From: a virus
DNA: 64,000 nt
IMG/VR virus record: IMGVR_UViG_3300045988_122538
Strand: one strand, 5' to 3'
This document shows positions 39,139-46,593 of the stretch, in pieces. The position numbers and the translations under genes are program-made. The notes beneath the pieces are model-generated. The model saw nothing but the letters and a program-made list of their open reading frames with translations. It did not search any database and was not told the origin of the DNA. Each line of letters starts with the position of its first letter. Position 1 is the stretch's first letter.

Positions 39139-39828
39139 ATGAACAAGTATACAAGACGTCGTATGGTAGCATGGAGTGCTTTACTCGCAGTAATTGGTGT
39201 AGGCGGCCTCGAAATTGTCAAAGACAAAAGTGATGATTTATCCAATGTAGTAACACAGGATGTATATGCAGCATATGAAGAAACAGAAACTACAGTAGCT
39301 ACTTCTGGCAGAGCAGCAACGTTCAACACAGCTGCTACTTCTATGTCTACGCTTTCAACAACGTCAACAACTTATGAAGTTACAACAACTGAACCAGCTT
39401 GTTATTACACAGAGCTTCATCAGTATTGTGGAAATACATGGGGCAACACAGAGTTGTACCTTACAGAATATGAAGTGGAGTTACTCAGCACACTTGTATA
39501 TCTGGAAGGCGGTGGGGAGTCTTTCGAGTGCCAGAAGAATATTGCAAGCACAGTTATCAACAGAATGCTGACTTCTGATTATACACTTTCAGAAATTCTG
39601 TATGCAAACAATCAGTATTCTGTAGCAAGCAGACTCGCTTATTCATCTCCCAGTGAATCTTGTGAAGAAGCAGTTATGGAAGTTCTTAATTATGGTGCAA
39701 CGCTGCCGATATATGTAACATTCTTCCGTGCTGATTATTATCACGAATGGGGAGATCAGGTACCATATTGTAATGTTGATGATACATACTTTTCATACAG
39801 CCAGTCGCTGTTTGAAGCATACAATTAA
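39139..39828 (+). CDS. SleB-like cell wall hydrolase with N-terminal membrane anchor/signal
   Basis: Track frame 39115..39828. ATG 39139 follows AAGGAG. Hydrophobic N-terminus (VAWSALLAVIGVGGL). LVYLEGGGESFECQKNIASTVINRM...NQYSV fits the Hydrolase_2/SleB pattern. Confidence 0.75.
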   Translation: MNKYTRRRMVAWSALLAVIGVGGLEIVKDKSDDLSNVVTQDVYAAYEETETTVATSGRAATFNTAATSMSTLSTTSTTYEVTTTEPACYYTELHQYCGNTWGNTELYLTEYEVELLSTLVYLEGGGESFECQKNIASTVINRMLTSDYTLSEILYANNQYSVASRLAYSSPSESCEEAVMEVLNYGATLPIYVTFFRADYYHEWGDQVPYCNVDDTYFSYSQSLFEAYN

Positions 39829-39854
39829 AAATATAATATACAGGAGTAATACAT

Positions 39855-40220
39855 ATGAAATTTGAAGTAGTCAACAGCAACGGACAAGTTGTAATGAACA
39901 CAGATTCGATTGAATGTGTACCGACTCTTGATGAACTTGATGCAATGTCAAATGCAGGCTATCGTTACAAGGTAGATGGCAGGATTGTTGCTAAATCTAA
40001 AGTAATAGAAGCAGTAGGCGGAAGCAAGTCTACTGCTTCTTCTGTTTATAGTTCATCTGAATCTGGTACATATGTTAAAGGTGTAAGATGTATTGAAACA
40101 GGAGTCATATACAAAAACAAAGTAGAGGCTGGTAAGGCATTAGGTATGTCAGATTCATCTGTATATGATTCTATTAGACTCAAAAAGAAAGTAAAGGGAT
40201 ACAGTTTTGAGATAGTGTAA
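39855..40220 (+). CDS. hypothetical protein with NUMOD1-like HTH C-terminus
   Basis: VRCIETGVIYKNKVEAGKALGMSDSSVYDSIRLKKKVKGYSFE resembles the DNA-binding module of phage homing-endonuclease-type proteins. No nuclease motif seen. Confidence 0.4.
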   Translation: MKFEVVNSNGQVVMNTDSIECVPTLDELDAMSNAGYRYKVDGRIVAKSKVIEAVGGSKSTASSVYSSSESGTYVKGVRCIETGVIYKNKVEAGKALGMSDSSVYDSIRLKKKVKGYSFEIV

Positions 40221-40227
40221 TCGTTAT
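40219..40227 (+). promoter_or_regulatory. AATCGTTAT box (candidate phage promoter element)
   Basis: Exact copy overlapping the stop TAA 40218-20, 40 nt upstream of ATG 40267. Confidence 0.4.
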
Positions 40228-40266
40228 TGTACATATATCTACAAAATAACTAGAGGTGATAAATAA

Positions 40267-42078
40267 ATGATTCATGTTATTCAAAATGGTGATGTGTACG
40301 AGTTGACGTTCAAATACGATGAACTACTAATATCTCATGTTAAGAATGTACCAGGTCGTATATGGCATTCTGATAGAAAGAAGTGGACTATTCCGAAAGA
40401 GCATCTAGGATGGTTCTTAAATGAAATCAAAGGAACTATTTATGAGAATTGCGTTAGCATTCATTCTGATGAACATCTGAATGAAAATGCTACGTTAGAC
40501 TCTACATCACAGATTCCTGATGTTGATATTTCTGACATGCATCAATATGTTATGGAGGGTGGAAATCTTTACAAACATCAGATTGATTTCTTGAAATATG
40601 CTAAATCTCGAAAAGGTAGCGGATTCTTGCTTGCGGATGAGATGGGTCTAGGTAAGACATTAGAGGTAATGAACTATGCACTCTATCAGAAAGAAAAATA
40701 TGGATACAAACATTGTTTGATTATCTGCTGTGTGAATTCTGCAAAGTTCAGCTGGAAAGAGGATATTGAAAAACACACACGTGGGCAGGAGTCTGCATAT
40801 ATCCTTGGTACTCGTAAAAAACGGAATGGTGATGTCAGGTACAGTACTTCCGGTTCAGATAAAACACAAGATTTAGTTTCTGGACATATGTACGGTGATG
40901 AGTCTGCACTAGAGCTTCCATATTTCTTAATCACTAATATTGAATCGCTTAGAGCTAAAGTAGGTAAGAAATATATCTTAATTGATGAAATAGTTAAGTT
41001 AGCTTGGAAGCAAGAACTCGCTATGATTGCTATTGATGAAGTTCATAAGAATATGTCACCTAAATCTGCACAAGGTAAAGCGGTTCTTAAGATCAAACAA
41101 ATGACTGGATCAGCTATTGAATGGATACCAATGACTGGTACACCTATTGTTAACAAACCTACAGATGTATTCACACCGTTGAAACTCATTGGTGCTCATA
41201 GTATAAAGAGTTACTATGAGTGGTGTCAAACATTTGTTATCTATGGAGGATATGGTGACCATGAAGTTATGGGTTACAAGAATATTCCTCAGCTCAAAAC
41301 TATGTTACAACACAACATGCTCCGCAGGCTTAAGAAAGACGTACTCGATTTACCTGATAAGATCTATCATAACATATACGTAGAGAATACACCTACACAG
41401 ACACAACTCTATTCTAAGCTTCAAGTAGAGATGCAAGAAAACGAAGAATCAATCATTGGATCTATGAATCCGTTAGCTGCATTCTTAAGACTGCGTCAAG
41501 TGAACGGTAGTCCTGAACTTGTTGACCCTTCAATCATTGTTGACAGCAAGTATCTTTCTAAGAATGCTAAACTTGTTGAGCTGATGCGTCTATTAGAAGA
41601 AATTGTAGAACGTGACGAAAAGGTAGTTGTGTTTTCAAACTGGGTTGAACCGCTCAAAACCTTATATAAGTTTGTAGCAGCTAAATACAAAACTACATGT
41701 TTTACTGGTACGATGTCGGAAGACGATAGACAGAAGCATAAGCGAGTGTTTATCAATAATCCTGACTACAAAGTTATGCTTGGTACCATTGGCGCACTTG
41801 GTGTCAACCATACACTTACTGTAGCAACAAACGTCATCTTCTATGATGAACCTTGGACACCTGGTGATAAGATTCAAGCTGAAGATCGTTGTCATCGTAT
41901 CGGCTCTAAATTTCCTCTTAACATCTATACATTGTTAACTGTTAACACAGTAGACGATGCAGTTCACAGAATATTAGGCGATAAGTCTGATATCTCTAAT
42001 TATATCGTAGATGGTAAACTTAATTTACGAAATAATCCAGAGCTGTTTGAAAAGCTGTTAGGAACTTCCGGAAAGTAA
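40267..42078 (+). CDS. SNF2-family helicase/ATPase
   Basis: Motif I LLADEMGLGKTL and motif II DEVH are present. The C-terminal helicase domain reads VVVFSNW...GALGVNHTLTVATNVIFYDEPWTPGDKIQAEDRCHRIG. Confidence 0.9.
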   Translation: MIHVIQNGDVYELTFKYDELLISHVKNVPGRIWHSDRKKWTIPKEHLGWFLNEIKGTIYENCVSIHSDEHLNENATLDSTSQIPDVDISDMHQYVMEGGNLYKHQIDFLKYAKSRKGSGFLLADEMGLGKTLEVMNYALYQKEKYGYKHCLIICCVNSAKFSWKEDIEKHTRGQESAYILGTRKKRNGDVRYSTSGSDKTQDLVSGHMYGDESALELPYFLITNIESLRAKVGKKYILIDEIVKLAWKQELAMIAIDEVHKNMSPKSAQGKAVLKIKQMTGSAIEWIPMTGTPIVNKPTDVFTPLKLIGAHSIKSYYEWCQTFVIYGGYGDHEVMGYKNIPQLKTMLQHNMLRRLKKDVLDLPDKIYHNIYVENTPTQTQLYSKLQVEMQENEESIIGSMNPLAAFLRLRQVNGSPELVDPSIIVDSKYLSKNAKLVELMRLLEEIVERDEKVVVFSNWVEPLKTLYKFVAAKYKTTCFTGTMSEDDRQKHKRVFINNPDYKVMLGTIGALGVNHTLTVATNVIFYDEPWTPGDKIQAEDRCHRIGSKFPLNIYTLLTVNTVDDAVHRILGDKSDISNYIVDGKLNLRNNPELFEKLLGTSGK

Positions 42079-42100
42079 TGTATAAGCTGATAGAATACAA

Positions 42101-42109
42101 AATCGTTAT
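42101..42109 (+). promoter_or_regulatory. AATCGTTAT box (candidate phage promoter element)
   Basis: Exact copy, intergenic, 41 nt upstream of ATG 42150. Confidence 0.4.
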
Positions 42110-42149
42110 TTATTGTATTAAATAACATTTGTGAATATGAGGTGTTCTT

Positions 42150-42383
42150 ATGAAGCGAAAAATCACATCTTCGAAAGTACCTGTAACTGCTGCTGAAAAC
42201 GAGTCAGCATTTGATGATATTGTATCTAACATCAAGGATGATTTTGATTACATTGTAGAAGGTCTTGAAACATTAAACAGACGAGGTACAGATTCTGCTA
42301 AGCAAGCAATGTCAATTGCTGCTACTATCAGTTCAGACCTTGAAGGCTATATTGCTAATATAGCTGAATCTATTACAAAGTGA
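42150..42383 (+). CDS. hypothetical protein
   Basis: 77-aa ORF with a GAGGTG RBS. Leader is MKRKITSSKVPVTAAE. Confidence 0.6.
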   Translation: MKRKITSSKVPVTAAENESAFDDIVSNIKDDFDYIVEGLETLNRRGTDSAKQAMSIAATISSDLEGYIANIAESITK

Positions 42384-42396
42384 GGTTGACTTTATT

Positions 42397-42671
42397 ATGA
42401 AAATACTTACGAGAAAAATATATGCTTCTACTATGAATTATAATACACCGGAATTGAAAAACTTCGCAGAAGCCTTCAAAATATTGTAGTAGACGATGAC
42501 AATCAATTTATACAGCTTATCGATAATATGATAAACAATACACCAATGAATTATGTGCCTGAAACACGAGCACTCAAACGATGTATTGATGATATGCTTG
42601 AATACGACAGCAAGGAAGACGTTCGTGAGTGGGTACTTAAGTATGCAACAGACTTAGGGTGTATTTCTTAA
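42397..42671 (+). pseudogene. frame-split small gene (30-codon ORF plus a continuation in the -1 frame)
   Basis: ATG 42397 after GAGG runs to TAG 42487-89. The frame one nt back is open from 42444 to TAA 42669-71, and the conceptual fusion reads sensibly (...NFAEAFK/IVVDDDNQFIQLIDNM...). The junction lies at an A4 run. Confidence 0.35.
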
Positions 42672-42695
42672 TAACATATAAGGAGTGAATATAAT

Positions 42696-43688
42696 ATGAA
42701 AATTTCTAAGCGTAAGGTATTATGTGCATCTGCTAAACAAGTTAGACGTATGAACAGATCTTCTGTAATGGCTGCTGATAGTGATTACATCAAAATCGGT
42801 AACATGGTCATTCCTAAAGACGCAAGTCAGTATGGATACGATAGTTATGAAAACATTCAGAAAGATACAAGACGTCGTTATGATACTGAGAAGGCTGCTG
42901 AAAAAGAAGCTGCGGAAAGAGCAGCTCGTGAACAGAAAGGTGCAAAGTTATATAAACAAGTTGAATCTATTGTAAATTCTGGTAATACTGCAAGTGAACA
43001 GCTTCAAGAGCTATTTGATTTGATGGTACCTAATTCGGGTTCATCTGACACGGCTGCCGGTGAATTAGTTCGTGCTATGATGCGTTTACAATACAGATGG
43101 CACAATGACGGCGATATGTTTAATCAGGGTTATGGTCTAGAAACTTGTGCTCCTTCTGCTGCATATTTATGCGATAATGTAGAACCAGCTGCTGCTCTAT
43201 TTGAACAGTTAACTGGAATTATGGAGGGTGGCGATCAACAATATGAAGATGGTCTAAATGATCTTCAATCTATTGTTATTGACTACATCGTTGATAATCC
43301 TGAATTATGTGGAATGGAACCTCCTGCTGATTCTCGTGATTACCATAGCGAAACTGTAGATTGGTTCGTAGAAGCAGGTCATAGTTATGAATATGAGCTA
43401 GATGTATCTGGTGATTTAGAGGAATACGTCAGACATGGATGTATTTCATGGACTGATGTTGAATACATGGTTGAAGAGCTCACACGCACGTATGGTGGTG
43501 AGTTAGTAGCTTGGGCTGCTGATGGGTTCACAATCACAAATCTTACAAGTGATGAATATGAAGAATGGGATAGAATGTGGATCCCGGAACTTAATGCTTA
43601 TCTTGAATCGCTTGAAGAAGAGTTTCCTAATTATGGCGAAGAAGATGACGAGTACGATGAAGAATATGATGGAGAGGAGGATTACTAA
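42696..43688 (+). CDS. hypothetical, strongly acidic protein
   Basis: 330 aa with an AAGGAG RBS. Basic leader MKISKRKVLCASAKQVRRMNRSSVMAADSD. C-terminus is EEEFPNYGEEDDEYDEEYDGEEDY. Confidence 0.6.
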   Translation: MKISKRKVLCASAKQVRRMNRSSVMAADSDYIKIGNMVIPKDASQYGYDSYENIQKDTRRRYDTEKAAEKEAAERAAREQKGAKLYKQVESIVNSGNTASEQLQELFDLMVPNSGSSDTAAGELVRAMMRLQYRWHNDGDMFNQGYGLETCAPSAAYLCDNVEPAAALFEQLTGIMEGGDQQYEDGLNDLQSIVIDYIVDNPELCGMEPPADSRDYHSETVDWFVEAGHSYEYELDVSGDLEEYVRHGCISWTDVEYMVEELTRTYGGELVAWAADGFTITNLTSDEYEEWDRMWIPELNAYLESLEEEFPNYGEEDDEYDEEYDGEEDY

Positions 43689-43939
43689 TGAAAAAGATCA
43701 TTGCAGCAACTAAAGACTATTCACAGTTTGAAATTTCTGATATTGAAAGAGAGCTTCTCAACAATGTTGGATCAAGAGCAGGTGTAGATCCTGCAATAGT
43801 TGTACAGCTAGGTGATGGTACCGGCGGTGTAATCTACGAAGATGCAGATGGAAACATCATTATGGATAACTTAGATACAAACAAAGTCACATATGATGCA
43901 CAAAATATCATTGATGAAGTTGTATCCTCTTGGAAGTAA
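43688..43939 (+). CDS. hypothetical protein
   Basis: 83 aa with a GGAGG RBS and TAATG overlap. Leader is MKKIIAATKD. Confidence 0.6.
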   Translation: MKKIIAATKDYSQFEISDIERELLNNVGSRAGVDPAIVVQLGDGTGGVIYEDADGNIIMDNLDTNKVTYDAQNIIDEVVSSWK

Positions 43940-43954
43940 TGGAGTTGTGTTACA

Positions 43955-44194
43955 ATGAAACGATATGTAAAATGTTCACAAAGCACATTGAAAGCTACAG
44001 GTAGAACATGGTCATCGTTTGTTAAAGATGTAGAGTCTACTTTAGGATATGAAGTAGATTCTGCATACAAACGTAGTCCTGATGATTTTATTGCACTGTA
44101 CAAAGATGGTAAATCATATCTAGGTGAAGTAACAAAGTACTATGATGGTATGTATGAACTATTACTCAGCAATATAAAGCTGTGGATCTATTGA
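43955..44194 (+). CDS. hypothetical protein (MK+Y[IV]K leader family)
   Basis: 79 aa. N-terminus is MKRYVKCSQS. Confidence 0.55.
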   Translation: MKRYVKCSQSTLKATGRTWSSFVKDVESTLGYEVDSAYKRSPDDFIALYKDGKSYLGEVTKYYDGMYELLLSNIKLWIY

Positions 44195-44203
44195 GGTGGT
44201 TTA

Positions 44204-44536
44204 ATGAAGAAGTATATTAAATCAGTAAGCAACATGTCTCAATTGTCGACTTACTTAAATTTTGATGAAGCGAAAAATAAAATTCTTAAGATGCTGAATA
44301 ACGGTACTACGAAATCTGTATCTATTGTACCACGTGGTGCTGACGCAGCTTCTAAAGACATACTTGAATTAGCACAGATGCTCGAGTGTGACCAGGATAT
44401 AGCAGATGCATTAGAATCTGCAGGTGTAATCGGTCATTTAGATTTGGGGCACAACCGATACGCTCAAGGTCCTATTAGTTTGAAGTTCCGAATCACTATG
44501 AGCAAGCGTGGAAAATCCGGATGGTCTAATTGGTAA
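44204..44536 (+). CDS. hypothetical protein (MK+Y[IV]K leader family)
   Basis: 110 aa with a GAGGTGG RBS. N-terminus is MKKYIKSVSN. Confidence 0.6.
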   Translation: MKKYIKSVSNMSQLSTYLNFDEAKNKILKMLNNGTTKSVSIVPRGADAASKDILELAQMLECDQDIADALESAGVIGHLDLGHNRYAQGPISLKFRITMSKRGKSGWSNW

Positions 44537-44545
44537 GATGATAAT

Positions 44546-44611
44546 ATGAAGTTCAATGTAGATACAACACTAGGTAAGAAAGCAGAATCTAAAATCAGTG
44601 AATTAAGGTAG
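44546..44611 (+). pseudogene. 21-codon remnant homologous to the 5' end of the resolvase-like gene at 44992
   Basis: MKFNVDTTLGKKAESKISELR* against MAGIDVTLGKKAEQKIEEWL of 44992..45486: 11 of 16 aligned residues are identical, and the DNA is visibly similar. Confidence 0.45.
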
Positions 44612-44616
44612 GTTTT

Positions 44617-44979
44617 ATGAAGAGATATATTAAATCATCAGAAGCAGATTCAGTTATGCTATTACAAACAGATAAAATTGAAGAAGATAGCTATACCAAT
44701 TATCTATTTAATATAGTAGTAAATGGTAAAACTGTCGGTGATTGCAGCGTACTTGTTGATGAAGATTACGCATACTGTGAACGAATCGACATCAACAAAG
44801 ATCAAAGAAATCAAGGATTTGGTACTAATGCTTTATACAAACTTGCTGATATGTTTGGTGATATTGTAGTAGCTCCAGATAATGAAGATGCAAAACGTCT
44901 TTATGAACGAATTGGATGTGAATACAATGGAAACGATGCAGATTACATTGATCAAGGATATGGTGTTTACAGAATATGA
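44617..44979 (+). CDS. GNAT-family acetyltransferase (MK+Y[IV]K leader)
   Basis: 120 aa. The acetyl-CoA motif is QRNQGFGTNALYKL. N-terminus is MKRYIKSSEA. Confidence 0.65.
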   Translation: MKRYIKSSEADSVMLLQTDKIEEDSYTNYLFNIVVNGKTVGDCSVLVDEDYAYCERIDINKDQRNQGFGTNALYKLADMFGDIVVAPDNEDAKRLYERIGCEYNGNDADYIDQGYGVYRI

Positions 44980-44991
44980 TGGAGGCATATA

Positions 44992-45486
44992 GTGGCAGGT
45001 ATTGATGTTACACTCGGCAAGAAAGCTGAACAAAAAATTGAAGAGTGGCTTGACAGACCAAATGATGGATACTGTTTTGACAGAATACCAGATCAAATGA
45101 CAGGTTTCTATGGTTCTAAGAACATATGTGATTTCACATTGTTCAAAGCACCTAACATGTACTACATTGAGTCTAAAGCCACTTGGGAAGATAGATTTGA
45201 TTTTTCAATGCTTACACCAACACAACATGATAAGCTACTTGAGAAATCTAAAATTGCTTATGTCTATGGTGTAGTTATAATTCTGTTTGCACATCATCAA
45301 CGTGCATTTATAATTGATATAAACGACATCAAACATCTTGAAGATCAAGATAAACACTCTCTCAACATAAATAAGATTGATAATTGGAATATTCCGTACA
45401 AGGAAATCCAAACTATCCCTAACAGTCGAAAGACTTATCTAGATTATACAGGGGATTTTGATGTTGAATTTATGTGGAAGAGGTGA
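44992..45486 (+). CDS. RecU-like PD-(D/E)xK nuclease / Holliday junction resolvase
   Basis: GTG start after GGAGG. DRIPDQ...ICDFTLFKAPNMYYIESKAT...FDFSMLTPTQHDKL fits the RecU-type pattern. Confidence 0.55.
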   Translation: MAGIDVTLGKKAEQKIEEWLDRPNDGYCFDRIPDQMTGFYGSKNICDFTLFKAPNMYYIESKATWEDRFDFSMLTPTQHDKLLEKSKIAYVYGVVIILFAHHQRAFIIDINDIKHLEDQDKHSLNINKIDNWNIPYKEIQTIPNSRKTYLDYTGDFDVEFMWKR

Positions 45487-45493
45487 TAATGTT

Positions 45494-45925
45494 TTGAAAT
45501 TATATATCAAAGCTTCTAGTAATGTCATACTATCATCTGATATCAAATCATTTGTTACAAATTTGAGTAATAAGTGTTTAGATACTATCGGCTTATCATT
45601 GTATGTAGAAACCGCTAGACCTAACAAGCAAGGTACTAAGTTAGAGCTATATACATGTGGTACAAACACATGGGTTGGTGAATACACAGTTAAGTCTGAT
45701 CCAACAGAACGAGATTTCAATCGTGTATACAATGCTGTAGTAAAACGCTTTTTAGAAGTTACTCAAAATTGGTACAAAACATATCTTTCTGATAAGATGA
45801 GCATTGATGAGTCAATTGATTACACTATAACTAATAATCATATTGAACGTAAATCTAATTGTGATGTAAATACATTCAGAGAATTCATGCAAAATGCTAT
45901 CAGTTCAGGTAAGCTTCATAACTAA
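45494..45925 (+). CDS. hypothetical protein (MK+Y[IV]K leader family, TTG start inferred)
   Basis: Track frame 45458..45925 overlaps the previous gene. TTG 45494 follows GGAAGAGGTGA and gives (M)KLYIKASSN. Confidence 0.5.
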   Translation: MKLYIKASSNVILSSDIKSFVTNLSNKCLDTIGLSLYVETARPNKQGTKLELYTCGTNTWVGEYTVKSDPTERDFNRVYNAVVKRFLEVTQNWYKTYLSDKMSIDESIDYTITNNHIERKSNCDVNTFREFMQNAISSGKLHN

Positions 45926-45940
45926 CGTCCTTAATCATCA

Positions 45941-45949
45941 AATCGTTAT
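45941..45949 (+). promoter_or_regulatory. AATCGTTAT box
   Basis: Exact copy 16 nt after the stop, abutting the terminator hairpin. Confidence 0.3.
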
Positions 45950-45950
45950 A

Positions 45951-45989
45951 TAACGTGTAGCAGATAATGTTACACGTTATTTTGTTTTT
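45951..45989 (+). terminator. intrinsic terminator
   Basis: 9-bp stem TAACGTGTA/TACACGTTA with an 11-nt loop, followed by TTTTGTTTTT. Confidence 0.8.
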
Positions 45990-46030
45990 ACCTACAATTC
46001 TAAATAAACTATTAAATATAGCAAAACCTA

Positions 46031-46059
46031 TTGACTTTTTGTCGTAAATTTGCTATAAT
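46031..46059 (+). promoter_or_regulatory. consensus sigma70-type promoter with extended -10
   Basis: TTGACT (46031-36), a 17-nt spacer ending in TGC, then TATAAT (46054-59). Lies 46 nt upstream of ATG 46106. Confidence 0.8.
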
Positions 46060-46105
46060 ATAATTGTAGGATATACACATCGACATTCCAAAAGGAGGAA
46101 TTATC

Positions 46106-46456
46106 ATGAAACTTAATTCAAACGACATTTCCATCGACAACATGCACCACGGTGCTTATTCCAGCCTCGCAGGTGAATTCTACAACAATGGGTACGAACT
46201 CACTGTGGACGAGGACTGCAACCTGACTGCTGTTGCTATCAAAAACGCAGAAATGCTGCCGAAGATTGAAATCAAAACTGTGATCGAGTCTGGCAGCTAC
46301 TGCTATTCTCCGAAGGCTATTTTCCCGGTCCTCGACTTCGACGACATGGAATACTGGGATGACTTCACTCACTGGACCAACAAATACGCTGAAATTGGCA
46401 AAATGCTGTCTGACTTGGTGGAATTCACATACAACCCTAATATGTGGGAGGACTAA
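46106..46456 (+). CDS. small, very acidic, Arg-free protein with atypical codon usage (function unknown)
   Basis: 116 aa. Perfect AAGGAGG with a 7-nt spacer. 21 D/E against 7 K and no R. C/G-ending codons are preferred: all 5 Phe are TTC and no Leu is TTA. Confidence 0.75.
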   Translation: MKLNSNDISIDNMHHGAYSSLAGEFYNNGYELTVDEDCNLTAVAIKNAEMLPKIEIKTVIESGSYCYSPKAIFPVLDFDDMEYWDDFTHWTNKYAEIGKMLSDLVEFTYNPNMWED

Positions 46457-46494
46457 TCCTCAGGTTCAATCTAACATCTGTATCAACCAAAACG

Positions 46495-46525
46495 GTGTGC
46501 AAGTCATATGATTTGCACACTTTTT
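46495..46525 (+). terminator. intrinsic terminator
   Basis: 8-bp stem GTGTGCAA/TTGCACAC with a 10-nt loop, then TTTTT. Confidence 0.8.
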
Positions 46526-46550
46526 ATGTGTAATCACTGCTTATAACATG

Positions 46551-46559
46551 ATTCGTTAT
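46551..46559 (+). promoter_or_regulatory. AATCGTTAT-box variant (ATTCGTTAT)
   Basis: One-mismatch copy, intergenic, 35 nt upstream of ATG 46594. Confidence 0.3.
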
Positions 46560-46593
46560 ATATGATATCACAAACAATATGGAGGTATCTAAC

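Noticed and set aside
46118-46372. 84-aa minus-strand ORF inside the acidic-protein cassette
   Set aside because: It is antisense to an ORF that has a consensus promoter, a perfect RBS and a terminator. Its openness is explained by the elevated GC and C-ending codons of the sense gene.
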